From: Escherichia phage P1
Length of the DNA: 64,000 nucleotides
Sequence record: NC_005856.1
Reading direction: 5' to 3' (one strand)
Below are positions 23,339-32,830 of this stretch, in pieces. The number at the start of each line of letters is the position of its first letter. The stretch's first letter is position 1. The notes under the pieces were generated by a model. It was not told where the DNA came from. It saw nothing but the letters and a program-made list of their open reading frames with translations, and did no database searches. A program made the translations under genes and the position numbers.

Positions 23339-23526
23339 TGGAGCACCTCAAAAACACCATCATACACTAAATCAGTAAGTTGGCAGCATCACCTGCCCTC
23401 TGAATATGCAATGATGGTTAGACAAGCAAGATAGGGCGAATTAAAATTAATCAAGAGTCACTTTGTTAAGATGCGTAACATCACTTTAACACTTTATGCT
23501 TGTCATGATATTTGCTTGGAAGCCTC

Positions 23527-24132
23527 ATGAATACATATTCTGATAAAATACACAACCTTATAGATATAGCCAAATTAGCTGTGGCCATGAGGGAACATAG
23601 GTATTTTTTCGCACTTCGTCGAGGAATAGATGTTAATTTTTGTGCTGATTTAAACGGGAGTGGTACACAAGGGATATTCATAAGAAAAAAAAGTTTTAAC
23701 GCGTATGAGCCAAGTTTTATTGAAGTAATTTTTGAACCCACTCATAAAAACGATGATTCATTTCTATACGAAGAGGACCTTACTACCGATCAACGAAAAG
23801 ACTACGAACCTAGTATTAACAGAGGAAAACATCGATTCGTTGCCCAACGTGCTAAACTAAATCTCGACTGGGACAGTAATGAAATCCAACAATGGCGTTT
23901 GGATATTGAGCGACTTTCTAAACCACACAACACTCTTAATGACTGGTTAGAAAATGATTCTGAGATAATGATAATACATCTCTGCGGCGGTTATAGGTTC
24001 CGTGAACCAGTGATACTCTCTCAAAGAGACATTAAAAAATATGTAGCTTCAGGATTGACTCTGGAAGACTTAAAAAATCGGCTAAAGTGCTCAATATGTG
24101 GTGAGCGAAACGCCAAAATTAAAGTTTTTTGA
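23527..24132 (+). CDS. isaA: Hypothetical protein in an AT-rich segment flanking IS1 (201 aa from ATG 23527)
   Basis: AT-rich ORF starting about 130 bp beyond the IS1 right end; no domain recognised; name by position from memory. Confidence 0.45.
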   Translation: MNTYSDKIHNLIDIAKLAVAMREHRYFFALRRGIDVNFCADLNGSGTQGIFIRKKSFNAYEPSFIEVIFEPTHKNDDSFLYEEDLTTDQRKDYEPSINRGKHRFVAQRAKLNLDWDSNEIQQWRLDIERLSKPHNTLNDWLENDSEIMIIHLCGGYRFREPVILSQRDIKKYVASGLTLEDLKNRLKCSICGERNAKIKVF

Positions 24133-24150
24133 TCTACTTTAATAGGAAAT

Positions 24151-24178
24151 GGCTTGCTTCCATAACCTAAAGCAAGCC
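24151..24178. terminator. Hairpin between convergent isaA and the acidic ORF (weak terminator candidate)
   Basis: Stem GGCTTGCT/AGCAAGCC with 12-nt loop; no strong U-tract on either strand. Confidence 0.25.
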
Positions 24179-24243
24179 ACTACACATTTACCTTAAGCAC
24201 ACGATAACATGCCAGAACAGGTTATTTTTGCACTATCAGGTAG

Positions 24244-24552
24244 TTAATATACTATCTGGTCTACATGATCACCAAAATCATCGTCGTCGTCCTCATCGCC
24301 ACCATCTACAACAGGCCAATCAACAAACCAGCCAGCGTAAAGATGCAGCGTTCGGAGAACATCACTTGCGGGAGCATCAAGGGTGTCAACGAATCCCATA
24401 TAGCTATTGGGATTTGCTCCAGCTATGGCTTCAGCGATCATGTCCTCGGTAATGTCACCGGAGATAATGCTTAAACGCCCGGAAACTTCTTCATTATCAT
24501 CAAATTCGATAATGGCATCTCCGCCTAATGGCGCTGCGATTTTAATCTGCAT
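24244..24552 (-). CDS. Small acidic protein (102 aa) translationally coupled to the 3' end of ddrB
   Basis: ATG 24552 with AAGGAG 7 nt upstream, overlapping the ddrB stop by 11 nt; C-terminus DGGDEDDDDDFGDHVDQIVY; no helix-turn-helix evident. Confidence 0.5.
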   Translation of the reverse strand: MQIKIAAPLGGDAIIEFDDNEEVSGRLSIISGDITEDMIAEAIAGANPNSYMGFVDTLDAPASDVLRTLHLYAGWFVDWPVVDGGDEDDDDDFGDHVDQIVY

Positions 24553-27529
24553 TATTTAGCTCCTTTGCCACACCTAATAACAGTTCCAGCAATCCGTCAC
24601 CATTCATCAGTGATGCGGCAGCGGCCTCTTTGTCATGATACAACTGAAGAGCCATAGAGAATACTTCCGTTGCTGACGTTTTGGAAATAGTCGGAGATTT
24701 CTGCCGAATTTTCCCGGTGTTACTTACTGAGGCTGGCGGGTATACCTTCGCCATATAAATATTACTCAATCGAGATCTGAAGCACCATTCAGGCTTGCCA
24801 CGCCCACCGATATTGACGAAAGATGGCTTATCCCCTTCAACATTGGCCTTCAGGAATGACCGGGCTTTCTCTAACAAACCAGGGTTACTGTACTCAAGAT
24901 GATGACCCAGCTCGTGCCACAGTGCACTTGCATTTTCATCGTTCAAATTGACAGCAACAACACCATTAAGATTTGCATATGCCCTTCCCTGGTGGTGAAC
25001 TACCTTTGATAAGGTCGATATTTTCCCGCCGGTCAGGCGATAAATATCAGCAAGTTCCTTGCGCAGGTCTATCCCACCATTCTGTCCAGCGCGGACTTCT
25101 TCCACTTCTTCTGTGATAAAAGAGTCGGCCCACTCAAGAGCTTTTTCTTCAGATACGTATGAGTTTGCGATCGCACTGTTCATGGCAGATAACACTTTCT
25201 CGTGGACCGAACCCATACTTCGCTGATTCATTTGCCAGCGTGTCTGCGGGTTATATGAGAATCGCTTAAGTAGTTGGTCAAGCTGCTCAAGTTCTTCTTC
25301 ACTGACATACTTTTTAGCCTCACCAATAATGCCAGGGAGAATATTGCCGTTAGGATTAAACGCTCGCGAAAGGAAGAGTTTCAGTACCCCCATGCCCTCC
25401 GATGCTTCAATATCACCAATAACCCGGTTAACAATGGCCGCACTCTTCGGATTAGCATCCGCCAACGCTCTGGCTACGATTTGCAGGGACGATACGACCT
25501 CACGCTGCATATCAGTCCTGATCTCATCAATAAACTCTGGCGTTATACCGTGCTCTTTAAGGATATCCCGGCCTTCCGCCGTTACCCCATCGATATCACC
25601 GACATGTTTATTAACACGACTTTGCAATGCCTTAAATGCCTTCAGAATTCCACGGGCATCATCCGCTTTACTAACGGCCTTCCTGAATGCTGTCAAGAAG
25701 TCTGAGTTAACCTCATTTTGTTGATCGGCCCACTGAATGGAGGCATCTTTCATCTCGTCCAGAGTCAGATCACCCAACGCGGTATGGTCTGTGAATATGA
25801 GCGACAACCTCTGAACCATTTCTGCCAATGATGATGCCGAATGCGCCGCGCTAAGGAATGCTTTCACCCTGGTTGGGCGAATGGAAAACCAGTCAATAGC
25901 TGGTGGCATATCTCCGTTTTTTATCGCCTGCGCTATCTCGTCAAAGCCATCGCGCCCAAGGGAGGATGCGTGATTTAACAAGCCGCGAAGTAACGAATTG
26001 CTGATACCGAATAATCGGCACCATTTTTTCACGTCGGCAACAGGCATTCGAACAAAATGCGCAAGCACTTGTACAAGCTGTTCATCATGGGGATCTGTAC
26101 GGGAAAGCAGCCTGATCAGATGAATAATGTCTTTGATGCCGGATGCCCGATGTAATAGCAAACTGGTATATGGAGCAACACCGTTGTAACTACCGCCGGA
26201 AACGGACTCGAAAAGACCGCCGGATATCCCTTGCATGCCTTCGTTTTCCAGTTCCTGAGACACCTGGCGAAGGATATCCTGTAACGACACATCGCCGCCG
26301 CCAAACATATCCCCCAGCGCCTGGCCCTGGTGCTGTAACTCATCATTGATACGTTGAGCCATCAACTTAAAGGCGGTGGCCATACGCTTCGCGCTACGGT
26401 TATTCGCGACGATGAACAACGCGAGTGCTTTCACTTCCGGGGCCGTTTCGCTGAACATATCCCCCTGAGCAATAACATCGGTAATATGCTGGCCTGACTC
26501 CTTCGATTGCCTTACCAGGTCTACCGCATCTTTCAATGCCGCCAGCGCCTTTTTATCGAGGCTATCCGCTGTCTCAATGCCATCAACAATAGTTGTCACA
26601 GCCTGCTTGTGCGCTTCTCCTGATAAAGCCTGCATCTGGACAAAATCATTGGCTGCCGCATTAAGCGCCGTCAGAACATTACGCATATCCGGATCAGGTT
26701 CTTCTGCAACCATCCTTACCAGGCGCGCATCCTTATATGCCTTGGCAAAGATCGCGTTTTGTATACGGTCTACAAGTTGCCGTGTTGGTCGCCCATCTTC
26801 AGTTACAAGGCCAGCCGCCTGTGTGGCACCAACTTGCGTCATAAATCCGCGAATAAACGCGTCATTACTGCGGCTAAGCAGATCTCCGCTTTCTGACGGG
26901 TTAAAAAGCGCCATCATCGCCGGTGTTATGCTGTCGGCATCAACAAAAGCCTTTTCACTGGCTGCCATTTCCTGAAGATCAGAAATATTTGAGTCCTTGG
27001 CAAACTGAACGCGGTCAACCTTAGTTAACCGGCGGCGCACCAGTACCGGAGCCGTCATTGATTCAACCTTTTCAGGAGGTATGCCGAATTCGGTCGCATG
27101 ATCAATCAGGTACTCACGATACCGATCCGCATTGCCGTCCTGATAGGCTTTGATGATCCCCATGGTCCGTCCATTACCTGACTCAACGGCATTGTCCTCA
27201 CCAATTATCGGCGCGCCATGGCTGGATAAACCGGAATCGGTAAGCTGGGCAGGACGCAAATCCTTGGATATCTGGTTGACCTGAAGAAGACTGGATGCGC
27301 GGGTCCGGTCGCGCGGCTGAAGTTCCTGGGGATAGTCAGGGTTAATTTTCCCGTCCAGAGTATTGGATACCAAAAGAGCCGAGGCATCGACGATATCAAA
27401 CGCTGTTTTTACCTCGTCACCCTTCGCTGTCACCACATACGAAACCCGCCCGAAATCGGGCAGGTTCTTTAGCAGCTCGATCAGCGTTTCTATGCTGGTG
27501 GCCATTACCACCTGATCGCTTAAGCTCAT
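24542..27529 (-). CDS. ddrB: DdrB, large dar-operon protein (995 aa)
   Basis: Large ORF downstream of ddrA/darA in the same operon; name by P1 map position and size. Confidence 0.65.
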   Translation of the reverse strand: MSLSDQVVMATSIETLIELLKNLPDFGRVSYVVTAKGDEVKTAFDIVDASALLVSNTLDGKINPDYPQELQPRDRTRASSLLQVNQISKDLRPAQLTDSGLSSHGAPIIGEDNAVESGNGRTMGIIKAYQDGNADRYREYLIDHATEFGIPPEKVESMTAPVLVRRRLTKVDRVQFAKDSNISDLQEMAASEKAFVDADSITPAMMALFNPSESGDLLSRSNDAFIRGFMTQVGATQAAGLVTEDGRPTRQLVDRIQNAIFAKAYKDARLVRMVAEEPDPDMRNVLTALNAAANDFVQMQALSGEAHKQAVTTIVDGIETADSLDKKALAALKDAVDLVRQSKESGQHITDVIAQGDMFSETAPEVKALALFIVANNRSAKRMATAFKLMAQRINDELQHQGQALGDMFGGGDVSLQDILRQVSQELENEGMQGISGGLFESVSGGSYNGVAPYTSLLLHRASGIKDIIHLIRLLSRTDPHDEQLVQVLAHFVRMPVADVKKWCRLFGISNSLLRGLLNHASSLGRDGFDEIAQAIKNGDMPPAIDWFSIRPTRVKAFLSAAHSASSLAEMVQRLSLIFTDHTALGDLTLDEMKDASIQWADQQNEVNSDFLTAFRKAVSKADDARGILKAFKALQSRVNKHVGDIDGVTAEGRDILKEHGITPEFIDEIRTDMQREVVSSLQIVARALADANPKSAAIVNRVIGDIEASEGMGVLKLFLSRAFNPNGNILPGIIGEAKKYVSEEELEQLDQLLKRFSYNPQTRWQMNQRSMGSVHEKVLSAMNSAIANSYVSEEKALEWADSFITEEVEEVRAGQNGGIDLRKELADIYRLTGGKISTLSKVVHHQGRAYANLNGVVAVNLNDENASALWHELGHHLEYSNPGLLEKARSFLKANVEGDKPSFVNIGGRGKPEWCFRSRLSNIYMAKVYPPASVSNTGKIRQKSPTISKTSATEVFSMALQLYHDKEAAAASLMNGDGLLELLLGVAKELNNAD

Positions 27530-27541
27530 CCGTGTTACGCC

Positions 27542-27907
27542 TTATGCTGCCTCTTTAATGTTGGCGGCTATCCATGCCGCCGTGTGCTGTTTAACCTGGT
27601 CCAGGTCGATGTATATGCCAACATATTGACTCAAGTCCTGTAACGTACCGATAAATGCATCTGTGCTCTGATCGACGAATTTATCAGCCAGGAAATCAGC
27701 AACCAGTTTTGGCACACCATCATGTTCCGAAGGTTGTTTCTCCTCGCCACTACCGTCGCCAGACGCGCCGTACCCCATCTGTTGCATGATCTGGTCAATT
27801 TCATCGCTGATATCCAGCAACTCCATGCCACTCGCGGTAGCTGCTTTGGACATCAGAGCATCCAACTTATCGCTGAGGTCCATTAACTCAATAGCTGATA
27901 GTGTCAT
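27542..27907 (-). CDS. ddrA: DdrA (121 aa), acidic dar-operon protein
   Basis: Small acidic ORF overlapping the darA stop by 4 nt. Confidence 0.6.
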   Translation of the reverse strand: MTLSAIELMDLSDKLDALMSKAATASGMELLDISDEIDQIMQQMGYGASGDGSGEEKQPSEHDGVPKLVADFLADKFVDQSTDAFIGTLQDLSQYVGIYIDLDQVKQHTAAWIAANIKEAA

Positions 27908-29823
27908 GCTGCTACCCCCGCTTTCTGGATTGCTACCAGCAGATCAGCCAGGTGGCGAGCTGCGCCATTAACCAGCTCTTCGTTTTCCTCAAAACGCCCG
28001 GCAGTCTGAAGGGCTGCAATCGCTTCCCGGACATTACCCCGGGCGTTACGGATCTCCGCCATGTCAGTGCTTTGCATATCCATCACGTTATTGAGATATT
28101 CAATGGCTTTATTAGCCTCTGCATCTGCTTCGCTAACCGTTTCATCAGGCTGTGCCGGGGCCGGTTCTGGCTGAGTAATCTCACCGACTTCGGCCTGCAA
28201 TGCATTGATCATGCTCTGCACCATTTTCTCGGTGCCAGCGCCACCCGGAAACGCAATATTGGGGAAAGTTTTTTGAAACTGAGTTTTCAGCATTACGCGG
28301 AACTCGTCTGGTGAGTTGGTGGCCAGCTCCAGAGCTTTTTGTGCATATTTGCCAAACGGACCATTAGTAAGTGTCTTCGCCAGGAAGTCGAAAGAATCCT
28401 CGCGAGGCAATAACTTCAGATCGTACTCACTCATTTGCTGATCAGAAAGCGGGGTATCGTAAGTAGCAATGCCGTAGCGTGCATATTCATAATACGGGTC
28501 ACCTTCATCAGGGCGCGGAAGAATTGCTTTGTTACCTTCAGGTATCGCGCCAGGGGCCGCCGGACGCATTTGCAGGGCATATCGATATGCACCTACAGAG
28601 ACTTCTGGTTCAGGCGAAGAGCTACCGGTATCCTCCGCTGATTCAGGTTCGACGTTTTCCGGTTTATGTTCTTCTGGTTGGACCAGATATTCCGATACAT
28701 TACCCGCTTTATAGGCTTTAAACAGCTTGCCGATCGCATCTGCCATGTCCACACCCTGTATGGATTTAGCCTTGATCATGTACACGCTGCCATCCGGATC
28801 GGTTAACTGGATATACCCTTCGCCATCCCCAATGAATTGCTTCATTGATGCACCATTACTGAGCGTCGCTTCCCCGTCCATATGCATACGATTTTTGATA
28901 CTGGCAAGGCGATCCGTCAGCGCGCGAGAGTGCCCACCAGTCATCCCCGCAGGGGCAATGGTATCGCGCCCACCAGTGCGATTGAGCCGATCAATCTCCC
29001 CCTGCAAACGCTCATTCTCTTCATAAAGGGAATCCGCTTCCGATGCAACAGCGTTAATTTTCTGCTCCAGATCTGCCTTCTGCCCTTCTACCGCTGCCAC
29101 CTGATCCGCGAGGTCGCTCATGGCATCCTCTTTCTGGTCACTGTCAGCCTGTAGTTGGGTTATTTCATCAACAAGGGCTTTTTTCTTCTTCTGCGCACGC
29201 TGGAATTTTGCCGAGTTTTTCTCTGCAAGGTTGGCAAGTTTCATGGTGACCTGCGCCAGCGTCATATCACGTCCACTCATCGGAGCAACTGTGTGAGTAA
29301 CGTCTTTTTTATTCAGTAAGAACTGGAAAGCAACCAGCGTATCGCTATTGGTGATCCGGTTTTCCGCTGTCGGGCTATGAAACAGAATGCTGATAGTCTG
29401 ACCATCACTGAGCGGAATAATGGCTGGCAAGACCGGCAGCCCGTTAACGTTACGTGCCCGGCCAATTTCAGCGCCGCCGATCGCGCGCGCGCCGCTCTGG
29501 GCCACATCCCCCGTTTTATCACTCCCCGCAGAGATTCCGGTACCATTCAGCTTCTGGTTCAATGCCCGGACAAATGCCTGCATGGTCCGGTGTAACTGCA
29601 AACGAGTAGAACTAATCGCCTCCAGTAAATCCGTAGCACACCAGTGGATCGGCGTGTCATAGAAGAACGTAGCCTCGATTTCCTCCAGGGTGTTGGATTC
29701 CGTCATCAGATAGCGGTCCTCACCGGCCATTAATGCGCGATATTCATCATCAGTCACTGGCGGGGGAAGCACGTCAAGCCCAGGCTTGATCGTCATCCCT
29801 TTATTGATATTGAACTGTTCCAT
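27904..29823 (-). CDS. darA: DarA antirestriction/capsid-internal protein (639 aa)
   Basis: 639-aa ORF with a central coiled-coil-like segment; shares a KNSAKFQ-containing region with the upstream Hdf ORF; size matches P1 DarA from memory. Confidence 0.75.
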   Translation of the reverse strand: MEQFNINKGMTIKPGLDVLPPPVTDDEYRALMAGEDRYLMTESNTLEEIEATFFYDTPIHWCATDLLEAISSTRLQLHRTMQAFVRALNQKLNGTGISAGSDKTGDVAQSGARAIGGAEIGRARNVNGLPVLPAIIPLSDGQTISILFHSPTAENRITNSDTLVAFQFLLNKKDVTHTVAPMSGRDMTLAQVTMKLANLAEKNSAKFQRAQKKKKALVDEITQLQADSDQKEDAMSDLADQVAAVEGQKADLEQKINAVASEADSLYEENERLQGEIDRLNRTGGRDTIAPAGMTGGHSRALTDRLASIKNRMHMDGEATLSNGASMKQFIGDGEGYIQLTDPDGSVYMIKAKSIQGVDMADAIGKLFKAYKAGNVSEYLVQPEEHKPENVEPESAEDTGSSSPEPEVSVGAYRYALQMRPAAPGAIPEGNKAILPRPDEGDPYYEYARYGIATYDTPLSDQQMSEYDLKLLPREDSFDFLAKTLTNGPFGKYAQKALELATNSPDEFRVMLKTQFQKTFPNIAFPGGAGTEKMVQSMINALQAEVGEITQPEPAPAQPDETVSEADAEANKAIEYLNNVMDMQSTDMAEIRNARGNVREAIAALQTAGRFEENEELVNGAARHLADLLVAIQKAGVAA

Positions 29824-29824
29824 G

Positions 29825-30436
29825 TTAATTTCCTGCTTTCAGTTGCTTAAGACGACGTTTGAGTTCGCCATTCCGTGCCTTTTCGTTATTGAGTCGGCCC
29901 GTCTCCTTATCCAGCTTCGCCCGCAAATCAGTGATCTGCTGTTGATTGAAAGACACCGAATTCTGCGCGGACTTATAAGCGGCAACCACCTGAGCATTCC
30001 GCTGTTTTGCTTCTTGCAGGCGCTGAAAGTTGGATTTAACTGCCGGTTTCTTGTCTACCGGATTGGCAACACGTTTCGCTTTGGCGATCAGTGATTTCTG
30101 GAATTTTGCGGAGTTTTTGCGGGCCGCTTGCCCCATGACGGTACCAAGCGTCTTGATATCCGGCGACTGAGCGTTAGGAATAGCTTTTCCATTCAGCTTC
30201 ACAGACGATATATCGCCAGTATCGTTTACCTGTATGGCAAGAATTTGTCCGTCGCTAAGAACCAGCTTTGCGGTTTTAACTTTAACGCCATCTTTCGTTG
30301 TTGCGCGGTTGCTGGAGTCAACCTCAATTACCGTAACACCGGTTTTATTGATCGCCGTGATAAGGGATTTCAGCCCCTTTTCATTAACCTGGTCAAAATC
30401 GACCGTTGCATACTTATTTTTCGTCATCTGACACAT
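29825..30436 (-). CDS. hdf: Hdf (homolog of a DarA fragment), 203 aa
   Basis: Contains RKNSAKFQKSLIAKAKR, similar to DarA NSAKFQRAQKKKKA; immediately upstream of darA. Confidence 0.6.
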   Translation of the reverse strand: MCQMTKNKYATVDFDQVNEKGLKSLITAINKTGVTVIEVDSSNRATTKDGVKVKTAKLVLSDGQILAIQVNDTGDISSVKLNGKAIPNAQSPDIKTLGTVMGQAARKNSAKFQKSLIAKAKRVANPVDKKPAVKSNFQRLQEAKQRNAQVVAAYKSAQNSVSFNQQQITDLRAKLDKETGRLNNEKARNGELKRRLKQLKAGN

Positions 30437-30857
30437 CCTGTGCGAGATTTATTACGTAACTGCTGCGGATTTGCTGAGTAACAGGGAAAATCCGATACAA
30501 CGGGTTAATGAACGAGTCGCCATGCGTAACCATGACGTTGAAATGCCACAGTCGCTCTCCTTTACCCATATATTCAGTGGGTATGTACAACCATTCACTG
30601 TTTTCGCCCTGTTCAGCCGACGCCAGACAACGTTGTTCGCCTTCAATCACTGTCGTCGGCTTCTGAACATCGCGGATCCAATATCTGACCGTTGCGCCGC
30701 GCAAAAACGGGAATTTAGACCGGTACTTGAACGGCACCCGGATGAAACCCGGTTTAATTTCCACATCACCAAGTTCTAAATGCGTGATGTCCTTGCGTTT
30801 TAGCAAATAGCGATCGGCTAAGGCTAACGCAAGAACGCATACACCCCAGCCAATCAT
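30414..30857 (-). CDS. lydB: LydB antiholin-like lysis regulator (147 aa)
   Basis: ORF overlapping the lydA stop (ATGA); N-terminal hydrophobic segment; name by P1 map position. Confidence 0.65.
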   Translation of the reverse strand: MIGWGVCVLALALADRYLLKRKDITHLELGDVEIKPGFIRVPFKYRSKFPFLRGATVRYWIRDVQKPTTVIEGEQRCLASAEQGENSEWLYIPTEYMGKGERLWHFNVMVTHGDSFINPLYRIFPVTQQIRSSYVINLAQDVSDDEK

Positions 30858-31183
30858 TTCCCGCCTCCCTTTTTCACCAAACTTGTAAGAACATTCAGAA
30901 TGCTATCGATATTCACTCGTTTCATCCCTGAAATCACCTCATGACCGTTATTGCTGGCTATCGTTACCATTAAGTACGTAATTGATAACTCCCAGCCCTC
31001 GTGTTGCCCCAATAGGTACGCCACCGCGCCAGCTGTCACTGCAACAAAGATCTCCGTAACCAATCCCAACAAATTGCCAGACTGGCGACCGTCTCGGACA
31101 TCCATCAGGAACGTGCCTATCCCACCAATTACTGAAAGCAGGAGCGCAATAGCAACTGGAGCTAATTCCTGTGTGTCAAGCAC
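30854..31183 (-). CDS. lydA: LydA holin (109 aa)
   Basis: Protein has hydrophobic helices (LAPVAIALLLSVIGGIGTFL, EIFVAVTAGAVAYLL, LSITYLMVTIA) and a charged C-terminus, typical of holins. Confidence 0.7.
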   Translation of the reverse strand: MLDTQELAPVAIALLLSVIGGIGTFLMDVRDGRQSGNLLGLVTEIFVAVTAGAVAYLLGQHEGWELSITYLMVTIASNNGHEVISGMKRVNIDSILNVLTSLVKKGGGK

Positions 31184-31250
31184 AAGTTCCCTCCTACGTT
31201 GTCAGGAGGTAATGGTATGCAAAGTAACTTCTCAACCGGTCATTTGTTGC

Positions 31251-31532
31251 TTAAGAGGCATTTCTATTGAGGTACGAATCAATAATCCTTTGTAACTTTT
31301 CAAGAATGAGCCTGTTATTGATGCTGCAAATAATAGTCACGCAATTCTGAAGACTTTCATCCATACCCTTATATTCCGCGAAATACATGCCTATAAAGCC
31401 TGCAAGTACGGCAGCAATACACTCGGCCATCAATTGCCTGCATGACGCTTCGTAACGTTTTTCACAAACCCCATTCAGAAACGAATGCACCCCGCCAAGG
31501 ATGGAGAGGAGCATTATTGTGAAATCACACAT
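31251..31532 (-). CDS. lydC: Holin-like small membrane protein (93 aa), position of P1 lydC
   Basis: Hydrophobic segments (FTIMLLSILGGV, ECIAAVLAGFIGMYF); directly upstream of lydA. Confidence 0.5.
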   Translation of the reverse strand: MCDFTIMLLSILGGVHSFLNGVCEKRYEASCRQLMAECIAAVLAGFIGMYFAEYKGMDESLQNCVTIICSINNRLILEKLQRIIDSYLNRNAS

Positions 31533-31659
31533 AACTATTTCCTTAATAGTGAATTAAATATCATTGGGAAACGGTATGTACTTTGTGATTTCCACACATA
31601 CTGGTTTTTGTTAATTAAAATCCGCAGCTTGCTATAAATAACGATAGTGAGCAGAAAAT

Positions 31660-32220
31660 ATGCTAATAGGCTATGTACGCGTATCAACAAATGAACAAAA
31701 CACTGCTTTACAACGAAACGCTCTTGAAAGCGCAGGATGTGAGCTAATTTTTGAGGACAAGGCGAGCGGCAAAAAGGCTGAGCGCCCTGGGTTAAAAAAG
31801 GTACTCCGTATGCTTTCCAGAGGTGATACCCTGGTCGTATGGAAGTTAGACCGTCTTGGGCGCAGCATGCGTCACTTAGTTGTGCTGGTGGAAGAGCTGC
31901 GTGACAGAGGCATTAACTTCCGGAGTCTCACTGACTCCATCGACACCAGTACACCAATGGGGCGCTTTTTCTTTCACGTAATGGGGGCGCTGGCAGAAAT
32001 GGAACGTGAGCTTATCGTTGAACGTACACGCGCTGGACTTGATGCAGCTCGCGCAGAAGGTCGTATAGGTGGGCGTCGGCCTAAATACCAAGAAGAAACA
32101 TGGCAGCAAATGCGGCGATTGCTGGAGAAGGGCATCCCCCGTAAGCAGGTTGCAATCATCTATGATGTGGCTGTTTCCACGCTTTATAAGAAGTTTCCGG
32201 CGTCATCATTTCAATCCTAA
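31660..32220 (+). CDS. cin: Cin serine DNA invertase (186 aa)
   Basis: Protein MLIGYVRVSTNEQNTALQRNALESAGCELIFEDKASGKKAERPGLKKVLRMLSRGDTLVVWKLDRLGRSMRHLV... is a Hin/Gin/Cin-family resolvase-type invertase; abuts the invertible segment. Confidence 0.97.
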   Translation: MLIGYVRVSTNEQNTALQRNALESAGCELIFEDKASGKKAERPGLKKVLRMLSRGDTLVVWKLDRLGRSMRHLVVLVEELRDRGINFRSLTDSIDTSTPMGRFFFHVMGALAEMERELIVERTRAGLDAARAEGRIGGRRPKYQEETWQQMRRLLEKGIPRKQVAIIYDVAVSTLYKKFPASSFQS

Positions 32221-32237
32221 ACCTTGGTTTAAGAGAA
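32212..32237. other. cixL crossover site (26 bp, CAATCCTAAACCTTGGTTTAAGAGAA)
   Basis: Gix/hix-like dyad (half-sites around a central 2 bp) at the cin-proximal boundary of the inverted repeat. Confidence 0.7.
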
Positions 32238-32830
32238 CTCGGTACCAGCGGTGAAAAGATCCCCCTGTTGAGCACGGCTAACACATGGAGTGCACGCCAG
32301 ACTTTCAACGGCGGGATCACCGGGGCGCTGACAGGGAACGCCGATACCGCAACGAAATTGAAAACAGCCAGAAACATTAATGGCGTCAGGTTCGATGGTT
32401 CTGGTGACATTAATATCAATACTCTGGTATCGCGCGGTCGCGTAACGGCCCTGGAGGCGAATGCACAGGGAACATCCGGGATTCAGCTGTATGAGGCATA
32501 CAACAATGGCTACCCTTCCCCCTATGGCAATGTGCTTCACCTTAAAGGTGCCACCGCTGCTGGCGAAGGTGAGTTATTCATTGGCTGGAGTGGCACGAGC
32601 GGTGCCCATGCGCCCGTACATATCCGTTCGCGGCGGGATACTGATTCTGCCAACTGGTCTGAATGGGCGCAGGTCTATACGTCAAAAGATTCAATTCCCG
32701 GCGTCAATGCCAAAGGGGATCAGGATACCTCTGGTAATGCGGCTACAGCGACCAAGTTGCAGACAGCATGTACTATCAACGGTGTCTCGTTTGATGGTTC
32801 TAAAAATATTGAGCTAACGGCTGAAAATTT
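32226..32830. repeat. Left inverted repeat of the C-segment (~0.6 kb)
   Basis: Reverse complement of 35875-36480; identity decays near 32820-32835. Confidence 0.85.

Larger units (their letters stand above)
22626..23393. mobile_element. IS1 insertion sequence (768 bp) with 9-bp target-site duplication TGCCCTCTG
   Basis: Ends GGTAATGACTC... and ...GGCAGCATCACC; direct repeats TGCCCTCTG at 22617-22625 and 23394-23402; contains insA and insB. Confidence 0.95.

Noticed and set aside
25274-26975. Plus-strand ORFs inside ddrB (25274-25705, 25329-25724, 26577-26975)
   Set aside because: Antisense to a long, translationally coupled operon gene; no independent signals.
31628-31644. Possible C1 operator upstream of cin (CTTGCTATAAATAACGA)
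   Set aside because: Only about 10/17 match to the operator consensus and lacking the conserved CTCTAAT core; too weak to call.
32229-32540. Pairs of identical ORFs on opposite strands (32229-32540 vs 36165-36476; 32461-32817 vs 35888-36244)
   Set aside because: They are mirror images produced by the ~0.6 kb inverted repeats of the invertible C-segment. The real coding frames there are the N-terminal parts of Sv and Sv'; the opposite-strand copies are not independent genes.
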